Of a stretch of DNA of 64,000 nucleotides, positions 12,999 through 26,463 are shown one piece after another; position 1 is the stretch's first letter; each line of letters opens with the position of its first letter. Position numbers and translations under genes: made by a program. The notes beneath the pieces were generated by a model, which saw only the letters and a list, made by a program, of their open reading frames with translations, searched no databases and was not told the origin of the DNA. Source of the stretch: Eledone cirrhosa (taxonomy: Eukaryota); assembly GCA_964016885.1 (NCBI GenBank), contig OZ024741.1:305288001-305352000 (forward strand), read 5' to 3'.

Positions 12999-15277
12999 AT
13001 ATAGAGATATATCAGTTGGAGACGGTTGCTTCTGACAGGACCTGCTGAAAGGAGTGTTTGAGGACTCTGCCCGCATGGCCCTCTCAGGAATAAGTGGGCA
13101 AAGGAGAATAATTATGATGCAAGGTTTTAATATGATAACTATATTAAAATGAGCATATTTATATCATAAATCCTTTCTACAGTTTCTGATGGGTTGGTCA
13201 ATTAATTGTCAATGTATTATTAAGTTCATTTAAAAAAAATATATTGTTTTATTTTAAAATCCTCTTTGCTCAAGGACTTGTGTCTAATTAAAACAAACTG
13301 TTCATAATGTACTTTAACCCTTTTATGATTGCATTTCTAATGAAATACACTGTTTTAATTAATTAATGAAAAATGTTGGTGGATTTACTAAAATTATTTA
13401 ATTACTAGGATAATAACTTAATGTAAGGTTCTTATATAAGGTTATGTTGGAAGATTTTAATTTAAACTGGAAACCTTTAAAATGGGTGGTTTTATTTCAT
13501 AGAATCAGAGCTGGTTTTTGCTTGGTTGGTAACTAAAGGGTTAGAAAAGCATGAAGTTTACTCTGTATTTCCTTTTCAAGCTTTATATATCTCCTTTTAC
13601 AAATGATAAACAGTTACAGTAGGCAGCAAATTGGCAAAGTTGTTAGAATGCTTTGTGCTATTCGGTCTTGCACTCTGAGGTCAACTTAGATAAAATACCA
13701 GTTAATTCTTCCTCTATGCCCTTTTTTTTATTTGCTCTCTCCCATTGTGTCTCCCCGAGAAGAAATTGGCTGTGTTCAGACTTGGAGAGGGGATGGGCAC
13801 CACCAGGTTTAAATGCCCAAGACATGCTGTATGTCATGATGGCACCCCTGCAACATAATCAGAGGTTAAAGGCCCATAAATAAATGGAAGCAGCTATAGA
13901 AAAAAATAGATATTTAACAAATTTTATTTCTGTTGTGAAATAGTAACTCATGAGAACACAGCTGAAAACGAAGTGTTGCTTAACAGATGTGAAGAGAAAT
14001 AAGACTAATATTGATATGTAATGTGATGGGGCATGGCTTAGTGGTTAGGGTACTGGGCTCATGACTGCCAGGTTGTGAGTTTGATTCCTCCAGCAAACAC
14101 TTTATTTTGCATTGCTTCAATCCACTCTGCAGGAAAAAGTGAACACTGGTACCTAACTGTATCAGCCTTTGCATTTCCTTTGGACAACATTGGTGGTGTG
14201 GTGAGGGCAGATGTTTATGCATGGGTGACTGCTAAGCCTTCCACAAAATGTCTCATGCCTTGAAGAATTAAACCTATGGTTGGTCAGTCATGGATGCAAA
14301 ACTCGTGGCCGGTCATGACTGAAGGGAGTTCTTTCTTTGATTTGTAATATGAATATTTGATGTTTATGAAATGGGAAAATCTCTTGAATTAGTGATTGAG
14401 GTGATCACAGAAAACTAAATTACCATGTATTAACAGACAGATTCCAACTTTTGTCAGTCACTATTGAGATCTCTGCTATTTTGTTCTGTCAAATTGACGT
14501 GACAAAGGAGCCGCATGAAGTGAAATAGTAGAGGCAGCAGGTTTCACTGGCTGTTCTTCACAGATGCAGCTGAGATATGTTGTCCAGTTGATAGTGAAGA
14601 GTTTGCCACTTGTTTTGTTTTCCTCTCTTTTTTTTTTCTTACTTTTAATTGTGTTGTATGAATTATGAATAAAAAAATTGATGTATTGAACAAATGAGAT
14701 CTGAGAACATTGAACTTTTAAGATAAAATAAAACAGAATTCATCTGCTTAAATGTTGTACTGAAGAGCTGTCTTACTTATACTGCCAACAACATTTTGAT
14801 CCTCTGCATATGAACCCACCTAAAACTGCTCCTGGTTTTATTATACAAATCTGCCTTTTTTAAAGTGTTCATATCTAAATTAAATTACCATAATTTTATG
14901 TAATGTTTCAAACATCACCTTGATAGTGATATTACTAAATTCCTCCAAATTTTCAACATTTTCAAAATTAATGACAAATGTGGTAACAAAGGAGTTAAAG
15001 CCATTTCCCCTGCTAAAGCAGGTATTATCTTTGCAGGCTCCACAACATAGTCCTTTTTTTGTGACAATGTTTTATGGTTGGATGTCTGTTCTACTGCCAG
15101 CCATTTTAGTTGCATCGTATGACACACTGGTCTAAGGTGTACCTTTTTTAAAACTGGATACACATAGGATCTATTTCATCTATACCAATATGAGCAAAAC
15201 AACATAAAATTATGACTATGATGATATATGTTAAAATCGTGACTTTTTCTTTTCATTAATATTTTTCTATCTTGCAG

Positions 15278-15385
15278 GTAGTTCGCTGGCTCAAATACAA
15301 AGTTTAGAAATCTCAAACTGTACCACACTTCCTTGTCAAATTGTATGTGGAGAGACAATGAATCTGTCTGTTACATTCACACCAA
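15278..15385 (+). CDS. NPC2: NPC2-like coding exon 2
   Basis: Acceptor ttctatcttgcag, 108 nt, (G)SSLAQIQSLEISNCTTLPCQIVCGETMNLSVTFTP, donor A|gtaaag. Matches the NPC2 C-x4-P-C...G...V-T-F-T segment and the 108-nt exon 2 of vertebrate NPC2. Confidence 0.9.
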
Positions 15386-16059
15386 GTAAAGTATCTTTCT
15401 ATTTCTGAGATAAAAACTATTCTTTTCTTTTTTTCTTTATCATATTTTGGCGAATTGTCAGAGTTGTTAGTTTTGTGGTATTCGTTCCAACTCTCTGTTC
15501 TCTGAGTTCAAATCCCACAAAGGTCAACTTTGCCTTTCATCCTTTCGAGGTTGATAAAATAAAGGACCAGTAATGCACTGGGGTCGATTTAATCAATTTT
15601 CCCTTCCCCAAAATTGTTGGCCTTGTGCCTAAATCAGAAACCATTATAATATTTCATTTTGTATTGATATTACTATTCTTAGAAGTGTAAATTTTGTTTT
15701 TCAAATAACTTTAAAAAAAGACTGTGGTTGTGCTGGGGCAAGGTCGGTGCTGGTGCCTAGCTCTACAATGTATACACCCCATTCTCTCAAATGAAATAAT
15801 TTTAACTTGCAGTTGGGCAAGCTGAGAAATATAATTTTGACACTTTTTGACACATCTTGCTTTAACCACACTAAGAAAATTATTAAGCCAGCATTTTCCC
15901 CTACACAGTCCACATTAGCTGATGCCAAATCATGTGATAGGTCAAAGCCCATTTGTTGATTGCAGGAAATTATTATGTATTTTATTATACAAATTTGTAT
16001 AAAACTGATCCTTTAAGGTTCAATAATGCACCTCTCCAAAGTCTGCACCCTACTTCCCA

Positions 16060-18367
16060 AATACCGACACTGACTACATAATTATTGCTGGTGACCTTAA
16101 TGGGCATGTTGGACAACATTGTGATGGCTATGATGGGATCCATGGAGGTTATGGGTTTGGTACTAGAAATAAGGAAGGTTTCAGGATCCTGGAATCATGT
16201 GATACCAATAACCTAACTATCTGTAACACAAACTTCAAAAAATGAGACAATCACTTGATCACCTATAGATCAAGGGAGCGCACCAGCCAGATAGATTTTA
16301 TCCTTACCAGAAGACGAACAGAGTGTCTGTTGTAAACACTAAGTCTCTCCCTGGTGAAGAATGCACCTCCCAACATAGCCTAATAGTTAGTACCTCATAG
16401 TCAAAGGCTAGATAAACTTGATGACAAAGGACAACCTTGAGGAAAAGAATGTGGAAGTTGAAGGACCCCACAACCAGTAACAAATTTAGAGGCATATTAT
16501 TTGATGCTTTTGACAGTAAGGAAGAGAAATTAGAGACATGCAATATAGAGGAGCAGTGGGAATTCCTGAAAGATAACCTGCTGAAGGCAACGGATGAAAT
16601 CTGTGGCTGGAGCAGACCTTTGGGGAGGAGGAGAGTGACTTGGTGGTGGAACAGTAGGGAGATAATTAAGACCAAAAGGCAGGATGGGGAAAGTAGAGAA
16701 CATTATCAGGTGGCTAAGAGAGAAGCCAGGCGACAAGTGTAATTTGCAAGAAGGGAAGCAGAGGATAGAAAGTTCAAACATATTCTACAACGCAAGGACC
16801 AAAAACGTGTGAGGCAATGTGTCAAGGAAAATTATGATATTGTTGAATAGAAGTGTGTCCATAATGATAATGGTGTACTTGCCTGCACTGATACTGATAA
16901 GAAGGAAGCATGGAAATGCCACTACGAGAGACTACTAAATGAGGAGAATGAATAGGATAAAGATAGTTTGACCCAAGTTGATTCAACAGAGGGACCAGCT
17001 GTGCAAATTAGTAGTAGTATAGTAAGTAAGGCAATCAAAGATATGAAGACAGGCAAGGCAGCTGGACCTTCAGGGATAGTTTCTGAGATGTTGAAAGCAT
17101 CTGGAATGGTGGGACACACCATGGTCACCTGGATAGTAAACCAAGTAATAAAGAATGGGGCCATACTAAATGACTGGCGTAGCAGCATCATTAACTGCTG
17201 CAAGGGCAAAGGAGACGCTCTAGATAGAGAAAACTATAGAGGCATTAAGTTAGTTGACCAGGTCATGAAGGTCACAGAAAGAGTTGTTGCCAAACTGATT
17301 AGGGACCAAATTGATCTAGATGAAATGCAGTTTGGGTTTGTGCCAGGTAAAAGTACCACGGATGCTCTCTTCCTTGTACGACAACTACAGGAGAAGTACC
17401 TAGCTAAAAGTAAACTCCTCTACTTAGCTTTTGTTGACTTGGAGAAAGCCTTTGACAGAGTCCCCCGCTCCATTATCTGATGGGCTCTTAGAAAACTAGG
17501 AGTAGATGAGTGGCTTGTGAAAGCTATACAAGCCATGTATAAACGAACAGTCAGCAAGGTTAGAATTAACAATGAATATAGTGAATAATTTAGCATAAAG
17601 GTAGGTGTTCACCAAGGCTCCATCCTTTACTCCCTCCTGTTTATTATTGCCCCACAGGTTATAACAAGAGTTTAAGACCGGCTGCCCATGGGAACTCCTA
17701 TTCGCAGATGATCTAATTCTCATAGCTGAATCTATGGAAAATTAGAGAAGAAATTCCAAACATGGAAGCATGACCTAGAATCAAAAGACCTTAAAGTTGA
17801 CTTGTCTAAGACTAAAGTTCTAGTATGTAGAAAGGAAAATAGGGCATAGGTTTCCTCTAGAAAATGGCCTTGTTCAGTGTGTAGGTAAGGAGTAGGTAGA
17901 AATTCCATTCTGTGTCCCAAATGCAAGCTATGGGTACATAAAAGATGTAGTGGGATCACAAGCAGGCTATCAAAGAATGTAGAAGACCCGCCTTTCCCTG
18001 CACACGGACTTAAACATACACCCAGTAGGCACCTCTTAATCCAATATACACCCCACACCGCCTAGACCTCCCTCCCACTTCTGCCCACACCACCCTTACT
18101 CTGTGAAGTTATGTTGGTATGACAAAACATCCAGCCCACACTCTAAAGTGGTCGTGTAGATGTCATGACAAAAATCCCCTGCCTACACTGTAGAGTGGTC
18201 ATGTTGGAGACACGGCTAAAAGCACCCAGCACACACTGTAATTAGGAAGGGCATCCATCTGTAGAAAACAAGCAAGAATAAATCTTGTATAAATCTCTAA
18301 TGGGACAACCATGTCAAACCCATGCTAGCGTGGAAAATAGATGTTAAAGAATGAGGATGATGATGAT
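16060..18367 (+). mobile_element. RTE-clade LINE (APE end + RT + 3' tail), 5'-truncated and with many stops, in NPC2 intron 2
   Basis: APE motifs IIAGDLNGHVG and SQIDFIL; RT motifs QFGFVPGKSTTD, FVDLEKAFDRVP, GVHQG and FADD; (GAT)n tail. Confidence 0.9.
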
Positions 18368-18632
18368 TAAGTCTGAAAATGGTCCTAAAAGGATTAGTTT
18401 ATTTCTGTTTTATGTATTATTTATCAGGAAGTTATCAACTACACATGGGTAATATGTTACAGTAAAATGGGCAGGCATGGCTGTGTGGTTAAGGAGTTTG
18501 CTTCACAGCCACTAGTTTCTGTTGTGCTGCATAGCATCTTGATCAGGTATCTTCTATTCTAGCCTCAGGTTGACCAATGCCTTGTGAGTAGAATTTGATT
18601 GATGGAAACTGCAAAAGCCCATTGTATATGTT

Positions 18633-18677
<45 letters not shown>

Positions 18678-19813
18678 CCATAGCTGTTAAATGCCCTCTC
18701 ATAAAAGCAAACAAAGTATATATCCTGAGCAGACTGAAAACTCTTAAATTCCTTCACAATAGGTTTGATCCTGTTATTCAATGTCATCATTATAGATCTG
18801 AGAGTGTCTCAGCATGAGGAATGCTGCTTCCTTTGATATATGTAGTATTAAGATCAAATGCTATGGGTTGGATAACCTAACTGGGTATTGTAATCACTGA
18901 AAGTTCTTTACATGGGTTATTCCTTTTATTACCATATTTCTAATGAAAAACACTGCCTATTATTTCAAATAATTTTAAAGATAATCAGAAATTTGGAGGC
19001 ATTTAATTATGCAACTTAAATTTCTAGTTAAGTTGGTATTTGGAACATAACAATGTTTCTTACATAAAATTATGATGGAAGCCTGATAAAATCACTCAGT
19101 AGACCGTGGGAATATATATAAATGAGATGCAGGTCCCTGACCTGTTTGTACACCCTGTAGAGCGTGGGAATGTTTGTAGGTGAGATGCAGGCTCCTGGAC
19201 TATCTGAGCACTCTATAGAGTGTGGGAGCATATGTAAGCGAGATGCGGGCCTTCAGCCTGCCTTTGAATCAGTAGCTCTGCTTGTGTACTGACTTGTCTG
19301 TGACGACCTGTCCAACCCTTGCTAAGAGGGAGAATGGTTGTTAAATGAGATGATGATAGACATTTTAAAATATAAAACTTTGTATTGTAGAACCAGGGTT
19401 AGTTTGCTAACAAATAGGTTAAAGATGAATTCAAGAGGTCTATGATTGGCTCTAAGTAGGAATGTTTTACCAAGTATAAAAATGATGGACACCGTTCATA
19501 GTTCACATCATTGCTAAAACATCTTACTTAATATTTAAATTGAGCAGAAGTTAACTTATTTGATAAATATAGCACTGGAGGCATTATCCTGTGATAAAAT
19601 TCTTGGCTAGCATTGATTGTCTTTGTGGGCATCAAATATTCTCACTATAATAGAGTGTCTTTAAAATAAACTCAGGGTTATAATCATTGATTCATCAAGA
19701 ACATCTTTAGTATATCCTCAATACCAGCTCTTGATGACCATAAATCTTGTTATTTCCTTCAATTCTCTGTTTATCATTATCTCTTTGTTATTGGTGGTTG
19801 TAAACCATTTTAA

Positions 19814-20053
19814 CCCTTTTGATACCAACCAACCAACTGAAACTACTTCTGGTTCTACAATACAAAGCTTTTTATTTTAAAATATTTATATTTATGTAAA
19901 TACCTTTCACCATAATTTTATTTAAGAAGCTTTAAGTTATATCCAAAATAGCAACTTAATAATGAGAAATTTAATTATATTACTTAACCACTCCAAATTC
20001 TTGATTATTTTCAAATGATTTGGAAATTAGACAGAAATATGGTAACAAAAGGG
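19814..20053. mobile_element. piggyBac-type MITE
   Basis: TTAA|CCCTTTTGATACCA...TGGTAACAAAAGGG|TTAA, i.e. a TTAA duplication and CCC/GGG TIRs. Related copies at about 13318-13540, 48651-48870, 49472, 53310-53490 and 59930-60117. Confidence 0.75.
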
Positions 20054-20787
20054 TTAACCATGCTTCTACAAGGTTAAGATTGTTTACTCTGTGTGTGACA
20101 GATAGTAAGAGAGAAAGATCTGTATTTACTTCTCACTGTTTAAGGGTTAGTCTGCCTTGTGGTCTCTGTAGGATGGCCAGCGAGACGCACTGAAACAGCC
20201 ATTCCAACTTGCAGGGTTTGCTCTTGCAGGTAACCACCCTTATCGGAATGGTGTAGAGATGTGGCCCAGGGGGTCAAGAATACTGGAAGTTTCCACTGCC
20301 ACAGGCTTGACCACAAATCTATGAGAGAGTGGCCAATACTTTGACAATTAACCCTCTTCAACCTGATGAGCAGCAAAGCCTGAACACACCATGTTGCCTC
20401 TGGAGAAGGTGTCGCAACATGTGGCTTCCCATGGTGAATATTCTATTGTTTGAGTATTCCACAGAATTGTGTACCCTTAATGTAATTTCCAATTTACCAA
20501 ATGTATCAAGACTGAACCTTTGAATTGTAAGTACAGCCCCTGCAATGAGCTTCCAAACTGTTTCTTTCTACCCATTTTCACTCACAAGGCTTGAGCCAAC
20601 CAAAGGCTATGGTAAAGACACTTGCCTTACATGCTACACAGTGGAATCAAATCCAATAACTTATGATTGTGAAGCAAACTTCTTAACCATTCAGCCATGT
20701 CTGTGCCCATTCACAAAGTATAATGTTGATAGTAACACCTTTTCAATTTACTATAGTACTGGATATTTTTTACTTTTTTCATTTCAG

Positions 20788-20963
20788 ATACTCAAATAAA
20801 AAATGCCTCAGTTAGTGTTCATGGAATTCTAGGTGGTATTCCTATACCATTTGCAATCTCCCCCACAAATGCTTGTGAAAACAGTGGCCTTAGTTGTCCA
20901 CTCAGTTCTGGTCAAGCAGTTACTTATCACTATAGTTTACATATTTCTGAATCATATCCACAT
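20788..20963 (+). CDS. NPC2: NPC2-like coding exon 3
   Basis: Acceptor ttttttcatttcag, 176 nt, (N)TQIKNASVSVHGILGGIPIPFAISPTNACENSGLSCPLSSGQAVTYHYSLHISESYPH, donor |gtaagt. Contains the VHGI-x-G-x-P-x-PF and C-x-x-SG-x-x-CP hallmark motifs. Confidence 0.95.
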
Positions 20964-22076
20964 GTAAGTATCATTCTTATAGTACATTATTTCCAACATA
21001 GCATTTTACTTTGAAAGTATGCTAGCTTTATGTAAGCTGTGTCAAAGATTTTTGACTAAGTAAAATAGTAAAACAAATTGGACATGTAAGCCTCTAGAGA
21101 TGGAAAAAAGTAGACAGTGTTACTGTGATACTGTCCATTTTTTCCATCTCTAAGGGCTTATATACCCAACTAATTCAACTATTTGATATGCTTTTGGGTC
21201 TCAAACAATCACCCCCACCCCCACCCCTGCAACATTTATTAGATTTCGCTAATCTATCTCCAGTGAAATTTTATTTTAAGTGGTATCATTCTTTAGACAT
21301 TAAAAAACATACATGGCAAAAATAAAAATTACAATAAATCTCATATATCATAAAATAAATAGGATAGGTTGGGGTTTCAATATGTAAACTAAATGACTAA
21401 TTCTGGTTTCTAAAAAAAATCAAGGGAGACAACTTAGAAAAATTACCGATTTTTCCAATCCCTCCCCTATTCCAACCCTTCCTCCTATTACCCGAGAGTA
21501 GCCAAAAACCTAAGTTAAAGCAGCTTAAATTAGCTAGTATACTTTCAAAATTCAAAGTTGTCAGTAACACCACTTGATGATATGACTTCTGCTAAGCTAT
21601 TTTGTTGAAATCTTTCACTCTAAAACTGCTATTTAAAACCCATTACAAACTTCATATCTAGATATATTTCAGTGCTGGTGCTATCATAAAACGCACCCAG
21701 TACACTCTGTAAAGTAACAGTGCTGATGGCTCAATAAAATGTTCCCAGTCCACTGTAAAGTTATGGAGCTGGTGTTATATTAAAATTCACCCAGTACACT
21801 CTAAAAAGTGGTAGTGTTGGTGCCACAATAAAAATACACTCTGTAAAGTGGTGGTCATTAGGAATGGCATCCAGCTGTAGAAATCATGCCAAAGATGAAA
21901 TATATGAGCAAGATGTTATGTTCCTATCTTATAAATTAAATAATGAATTAATTTTGGTAAATTCCCAAAATACTTCATTAATTAATTGAAAAGGTGTATT
22001 TCACCAGAGATAGTCACAAAAGGGTTGATAGTTTTAAATTTTGTATTTATTCAGATCTACTTTTATTTTATTTTAG

Positions 22077-22157
22077 GTTTCTGTCATCATAAAATGGGAA
22101 ATTAAACAAGCTCAAGATGAGATAATCTGCTTTGAATTCAGTGCTCAACTGGTTTAA
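22077..22157 (+). CDS. NPC2: NPC2-like coding exon 4 (terminal)
   Basis: Acceptor ttttattttattttag, VSVIIKWEIKQAQDEIICFEFSAQLV*. The four exons total 450 nt, i.e. 149 aa plus stop, with consistent phases (1,1,0). Confidence 0.93.
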   Translation, partial: VSVIIKWEIKQAQDEIICFEFSAQLV

Positions 22158-22225
22158 TTTTTCTACACCTGTTTTTCAATATTTACAGTGGTAAGAGGGA
22201 GCAAAAAAATGAGTCAACCTTTTTT

Positions 22226-22231
22226 AATAAA
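22226..22231 (+). promoter_or_regulatory. Candidate polyadenylation signal of the NPC2-like gene
   Basis: AATAAA about 70 nt after the stop codon, followed by a GT/T-rich tract (ttttgtttttgtatttc). Confidence 0.55.
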
Positions 22232-22924
22232 ATATTTCCTTGAGCTTTTGTTTTTGTATTTCTTTTTCCATTGCAAGATTCATGTGAAATCATGTGTTGA
22301 AACAGATATTGTCATTCTTTGAGAGGGTTGTGTATGTATGCCAGTCACTGCATATGCCATATCAACATCTGTGACAGTTCTTTATGTTCCTCATCAACAA
22401 TGTCTTGCTGCACACCAGTGGCATATACCATACTTAGACAAAATATGGGTTGGCATCAGGAAGAGCATGCAGTGGTAGAAAACCTGCCACATATCTCATC
22501 CAATCCATGAAGTCATAGATGATGATGATAAGGGGGAGGATGAATTAAGTGAAATTTATTAATCAATAAAACCAAATGTTTGTGACTTTGTAGCTTCAGT
22601 AATTCCTAATATTTTAGAGTGGACATTCAAACAAGCAACCAAATAAGGAAAGCTATCCATCTCTAGTCTCTGAACTCATGATGGAGTTTTAGGGGTGCCA
22701 ACTAACACATGTCTTTGGCATTTTAAACCTGGCTGAGCATAGCCCATTACTCCCAGAGGGAGTGAGAGGAAGAGATGAAAGATCAACCCCAGTAGTATTG
22801 GACTGACAACTTTATCAACTTCAAAAGGATGAAAGGCAAAGTTGACTTCAGCAGGATTTGAGCTCTGAGCACAGAGAACTGAAACGAATCCTGCAAAGAA
22901 TTCTATCCAACATTCTAATGTCTC

Positions 22925-23801
22925 TACTATCTATCTAGGGGGGAGGGGGGTAAAATTCCCGAGATCCATGGACGAGTTCTCTCCAGCGGTCTCTGTCCCT
23001 CATTATCGCTGCCATGTCCTGCGTCTCCAACAAACCAGTGTCTGTCCTTAGGGCATCAACATACGTTAACCTTGGTCTACAGTAAAGCCAGGACTCTGGC
23101 TTTACTGTAGCACCGGCTCAGAGCAGGAGAGTTAAGGCGAAAAAGGTATTAGATGCTGAATTTGCCGACGACATAGTTTTGGTGACAAATACAGTGAAGG
23201 AGGCAGAGGATTTGATGCAGGAGGTTGTGACTGTCGATGAGTGTGGGGCTGAGAATGAATGAGACTAAAACAAAATATCTGGTAGAGAATGTTGAGAAGC
23301 CAAAGGGGATCACTAATGTAGGCGGGAAGCCGCTAGAATTGGTTGAGGACTTCCTGTATTTGGGAGCAAAGATTGGGAATATGAAAGATGATGTGGTTGA
23401 GAGGAAGAGCAAAGCCTGGGCGGCGTGCCACAGCTTGAGATCGGTGTGGAAGTTAGACCTTCGTAAAGACCTGAAAATCCGCCTCTTCATTGCTGTAGTG
23501 GAGTCTCTGCTGCTGTACGGGTCTGAGACTTGGACACTGACCAAGAAACTCACTCAGATGGTGGATGGGTACTACACGAGAATGCTGAGGATGGCTCTGA
23601 ACATTAATCAGTATACACTGAGGATGAAAAACTCAGAGCTGTATGGGAGCCTCCCAAAAGTCAGCTCAAAAGTGACACAGAGGAGACTGAGGTTAGCTGG
23701 ACATGCTCACCGACATCCAGAGTTGACATTGCACTCAGTGCCCCTGTGGGAGACCCTACATGGACACACTAGAAGAGGAAGACCAAGGTTAACGTATGTT
23801 G
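22925..23801 (-). mobile_element. Non-LTR retrotransposon (different family from the main RTE) with an inverted 5' segment
   Basis: 23110-23801 (+) encodes EFADDIVL...LLYGSETWTL...RGRPRLTYV. 22925-23078 (-) continues RPRLTYVDALRTDTGL...RDRDRWRELV to a (TAGA)n tail. Confidence 0.85.
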
Positions 23802-26121
23802 TCTACTATTTCACCATTTAAAATAAGGAAATAGGTAAGTTAAAAACAATGGCACTTACATGAGCTGCGAGATGGTGAGCAAATTTACATAGTTAAATTA
23901 TGAAAGAAGAAATTACTCTGCATTAAATAAAGAGAAATATTTTTCACCACTTAATTCTGACAATGGCCCTATAATGATTAGTTTATTTCTGTTTTATGTA
24001 TTATTTTATCAGGAAGTTATCAAACTACACATGGGTAATATGTTACAGCAAAATGGGCAGGCATGGCTGTGTGGTTAAAGAGTTTGCTTTACAGCCACTA
24101 GTTTCTGTTGTGCTGCATAGCATCTTGATCAGGTATCTTCTATTCTAGCCTCAGGTTGACCAATGCCTTGTGAGTAGAATTTGATTGATGGAAACTGCAA
24201 AAACCCATTATGTATGTTTGTGTGTGTGTAATTGGCAGTAGTGCTAAGACATTGTCAATTAATTATAACCAGTCAAGCTTGCACTATATGCAAATGAGTC
24301 TTTCCAGCCTATATTTTTTGTTCTATCCAAATGAACATATCCAGCAAATGATCATCACACAAAATTATATATAGACTATAGTCTGTTTCACCCCAGTGCA
24401 TGTCACCGAAACAGTGCTGTCTGACATACTTAGAACTTACTGGCAACTCTGTGATATAGCCACAGAAAAAAAGAGGAAAAAAAATTTCGCAACAATAAAA
24501 TATTTTACTTCGACAGCAACGCTACCCATATGTTTATTGCATATAAACATATATGTTTTCATATACACCTCTGTCTTACTGCTACTGCCAATTATATATA
24601 TATATATAAAATTTACAAAATTATTATCTAAGTAAAAATGCTTGATTCGGGGGCAGCCCATGTCCAAGTAAAAGTAGAAACAACATGGAAGTATATTTAA
24701 AGCATCTTTTTTTCTTTAATCTGACAGAGTAAGAGTTTTTAAAAGGAGATTTCTGTGTGTATGTGTGTGTCTATTTAGTATTTTATGAGATAAATTTACT
24801 CACCGAAACCGGTAATATATTATAAAAAACCCCTTTAAAAAAAAACTTACTTTGTTGAAGTAAAGAAAAAAAAGATGCTTTAAATGTACTTTCGTGCTGT
24901 TTCTACTTTTACTTTTTACATATAGTCTTTGATTTTTATGGAACTTTATCCCCCTTTTCAACTACATCTATATCATCACAACATATGCACCAATCTGTCC
25001 ACTATTAGAATGGTCAACGCCTCACTCCATCCAACTTTTACCACTGGATGTACCCCACCATCATTCATTCATTTTTTTCAATCCCTTTCTTCTTTCTACA
25101 TCTTCCTTTCCCCTCTCCCACCTCTTCATATATCTTTTTCTAAAAACAACCAATCAAAACAAAGAACAACTGACTACTCCAAATGAATAAGAATGGATAT
25201 AGCTGTACGTGAAAGATTTTGTCATTAAGCAAACAAGTCCGATGAGCTTTTGATTCCAGAGTCTGGCCCGATCGATAGAGATCGAACCATGAGCTGATCA
25301 ATCACAAAACGCAGGTCACGCCTGAATAAACTTAATGAAAATTAACATCTTGTCCATACTTATTAATATTACACTCTGCTTAGTACAACCCCAAAGTACA
25401 TACTGGAAACTACACATCGAGTGCTCATTTTGAACCAACAGTAACTTGACGTTACAAACCCTACACTACAAACATACACACACATGTATTTGTGCTGTAA
25501 AGGGAAGTAATTTTCAACTACTGTATATCGTAGCAAGACTTTAAAGGGGAGTAATTATCAACCATTTAATGGTGGTATGTCACATGAATTATGCTTTTCA
25601 TCACACACACACAACTTTGGTCTTTTCTTACAAGAGTAAGCGAGTACTCAATACCAATTGAAAAATGTATATATTTTATATAACTTATCCTGACAAACAA
25701 TCGTCTTTTGCTCATTTCCCTGATAGCAATGGTTGAATGAGTCATCACAAACAAGTGAGTATGCATGCAGAGCTACTGGATTCTCAGGAGGGCCCACATC
25801 TCAGATACTTCTCATACCATATGTTCAGATGGGTTAGGGATCTGCTTTTTGCTTACATATGTTCTCATGCTCTACTAAGTGCATTTTATCGTGGCACCAG
25901 CACTAGGGAAGCTGTCAGGTTTTTAACACAGCTGACACCTTTCAATTTATGAAATAGATAAAGAAACAATATATATATATATATATAAGTAAAAGGGGTA
26001 TTTAATGTGTTGGAAGTCCAACAAATATAAATGATTATAACTGATTTAGAGCACTCAACCGATTACTGGAGTAAATATTCAATGATATTAAATAAATGGG
26101 AACTATTTATAAAACCATATT

Positions 26122-26185
26122 TATTTTATTATATATATTTCAAGGGTACCAAAACAACATTGCTACGCTTTCATCAGATAAAATA
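26122..26185 (-). ncRNA. Type I hammerhead ribozyme
   Basis: The minus strand reads UAUUUUAU-CUGAUGA-AAG C GUAGCAA..UUGGUAC C CUU-GAAA-UAUAUAUA/AUAAAAUA. Confidence 0.7.
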
Positions 26186-26341
26186 CAAAGTTTGTTTTAT
26201 AAATAGAGACGTACCCATAATTATTTACATATTCATTTGCATAAGTTTGAATAATCCCTAATATATTTCCACTATCCAGTGAATTTCCAACCGATAAGGT
26301 ATGATATTCATGGGTAATCTCTATTTATTAAACAAACTTTG

Positions 26342-26405
26342 TATTTTATCTGATGAAAGCGTACCAATGTTGTCTTGGTACCCTTGAAATATATATAATA
26401 AAATA
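26342..26405 (+). ncRNA. Type I hammerhead ribozyme
   Basis: 8-bp stem I UAUUUUAU/AUAAAAUA, CUGAUGA, stem II AAG-C-GUACCAA/UUGGUAC-C-CUU, GAAA, palindromic stem III, AUA cleavage triplet. Confidence 0.8.
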
Positions 26406-26463
26406 AATATGGTTTTATAAATATAGTTTCCATTTATTTATTATCATTGTATATATATATATA

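Larger units (their letters stand above)
25988..26449. mobile_element. Non-autonomous Penelope-like element: inverted pseudo-LTR arms between (TA)n tracts
   Basis: Arms of about 26081-26219 and 26310-26449 are reverse complements, and each contains a hammerhead core. Related to 39788-40160 and 40438-40682. Confidence 0.7.
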
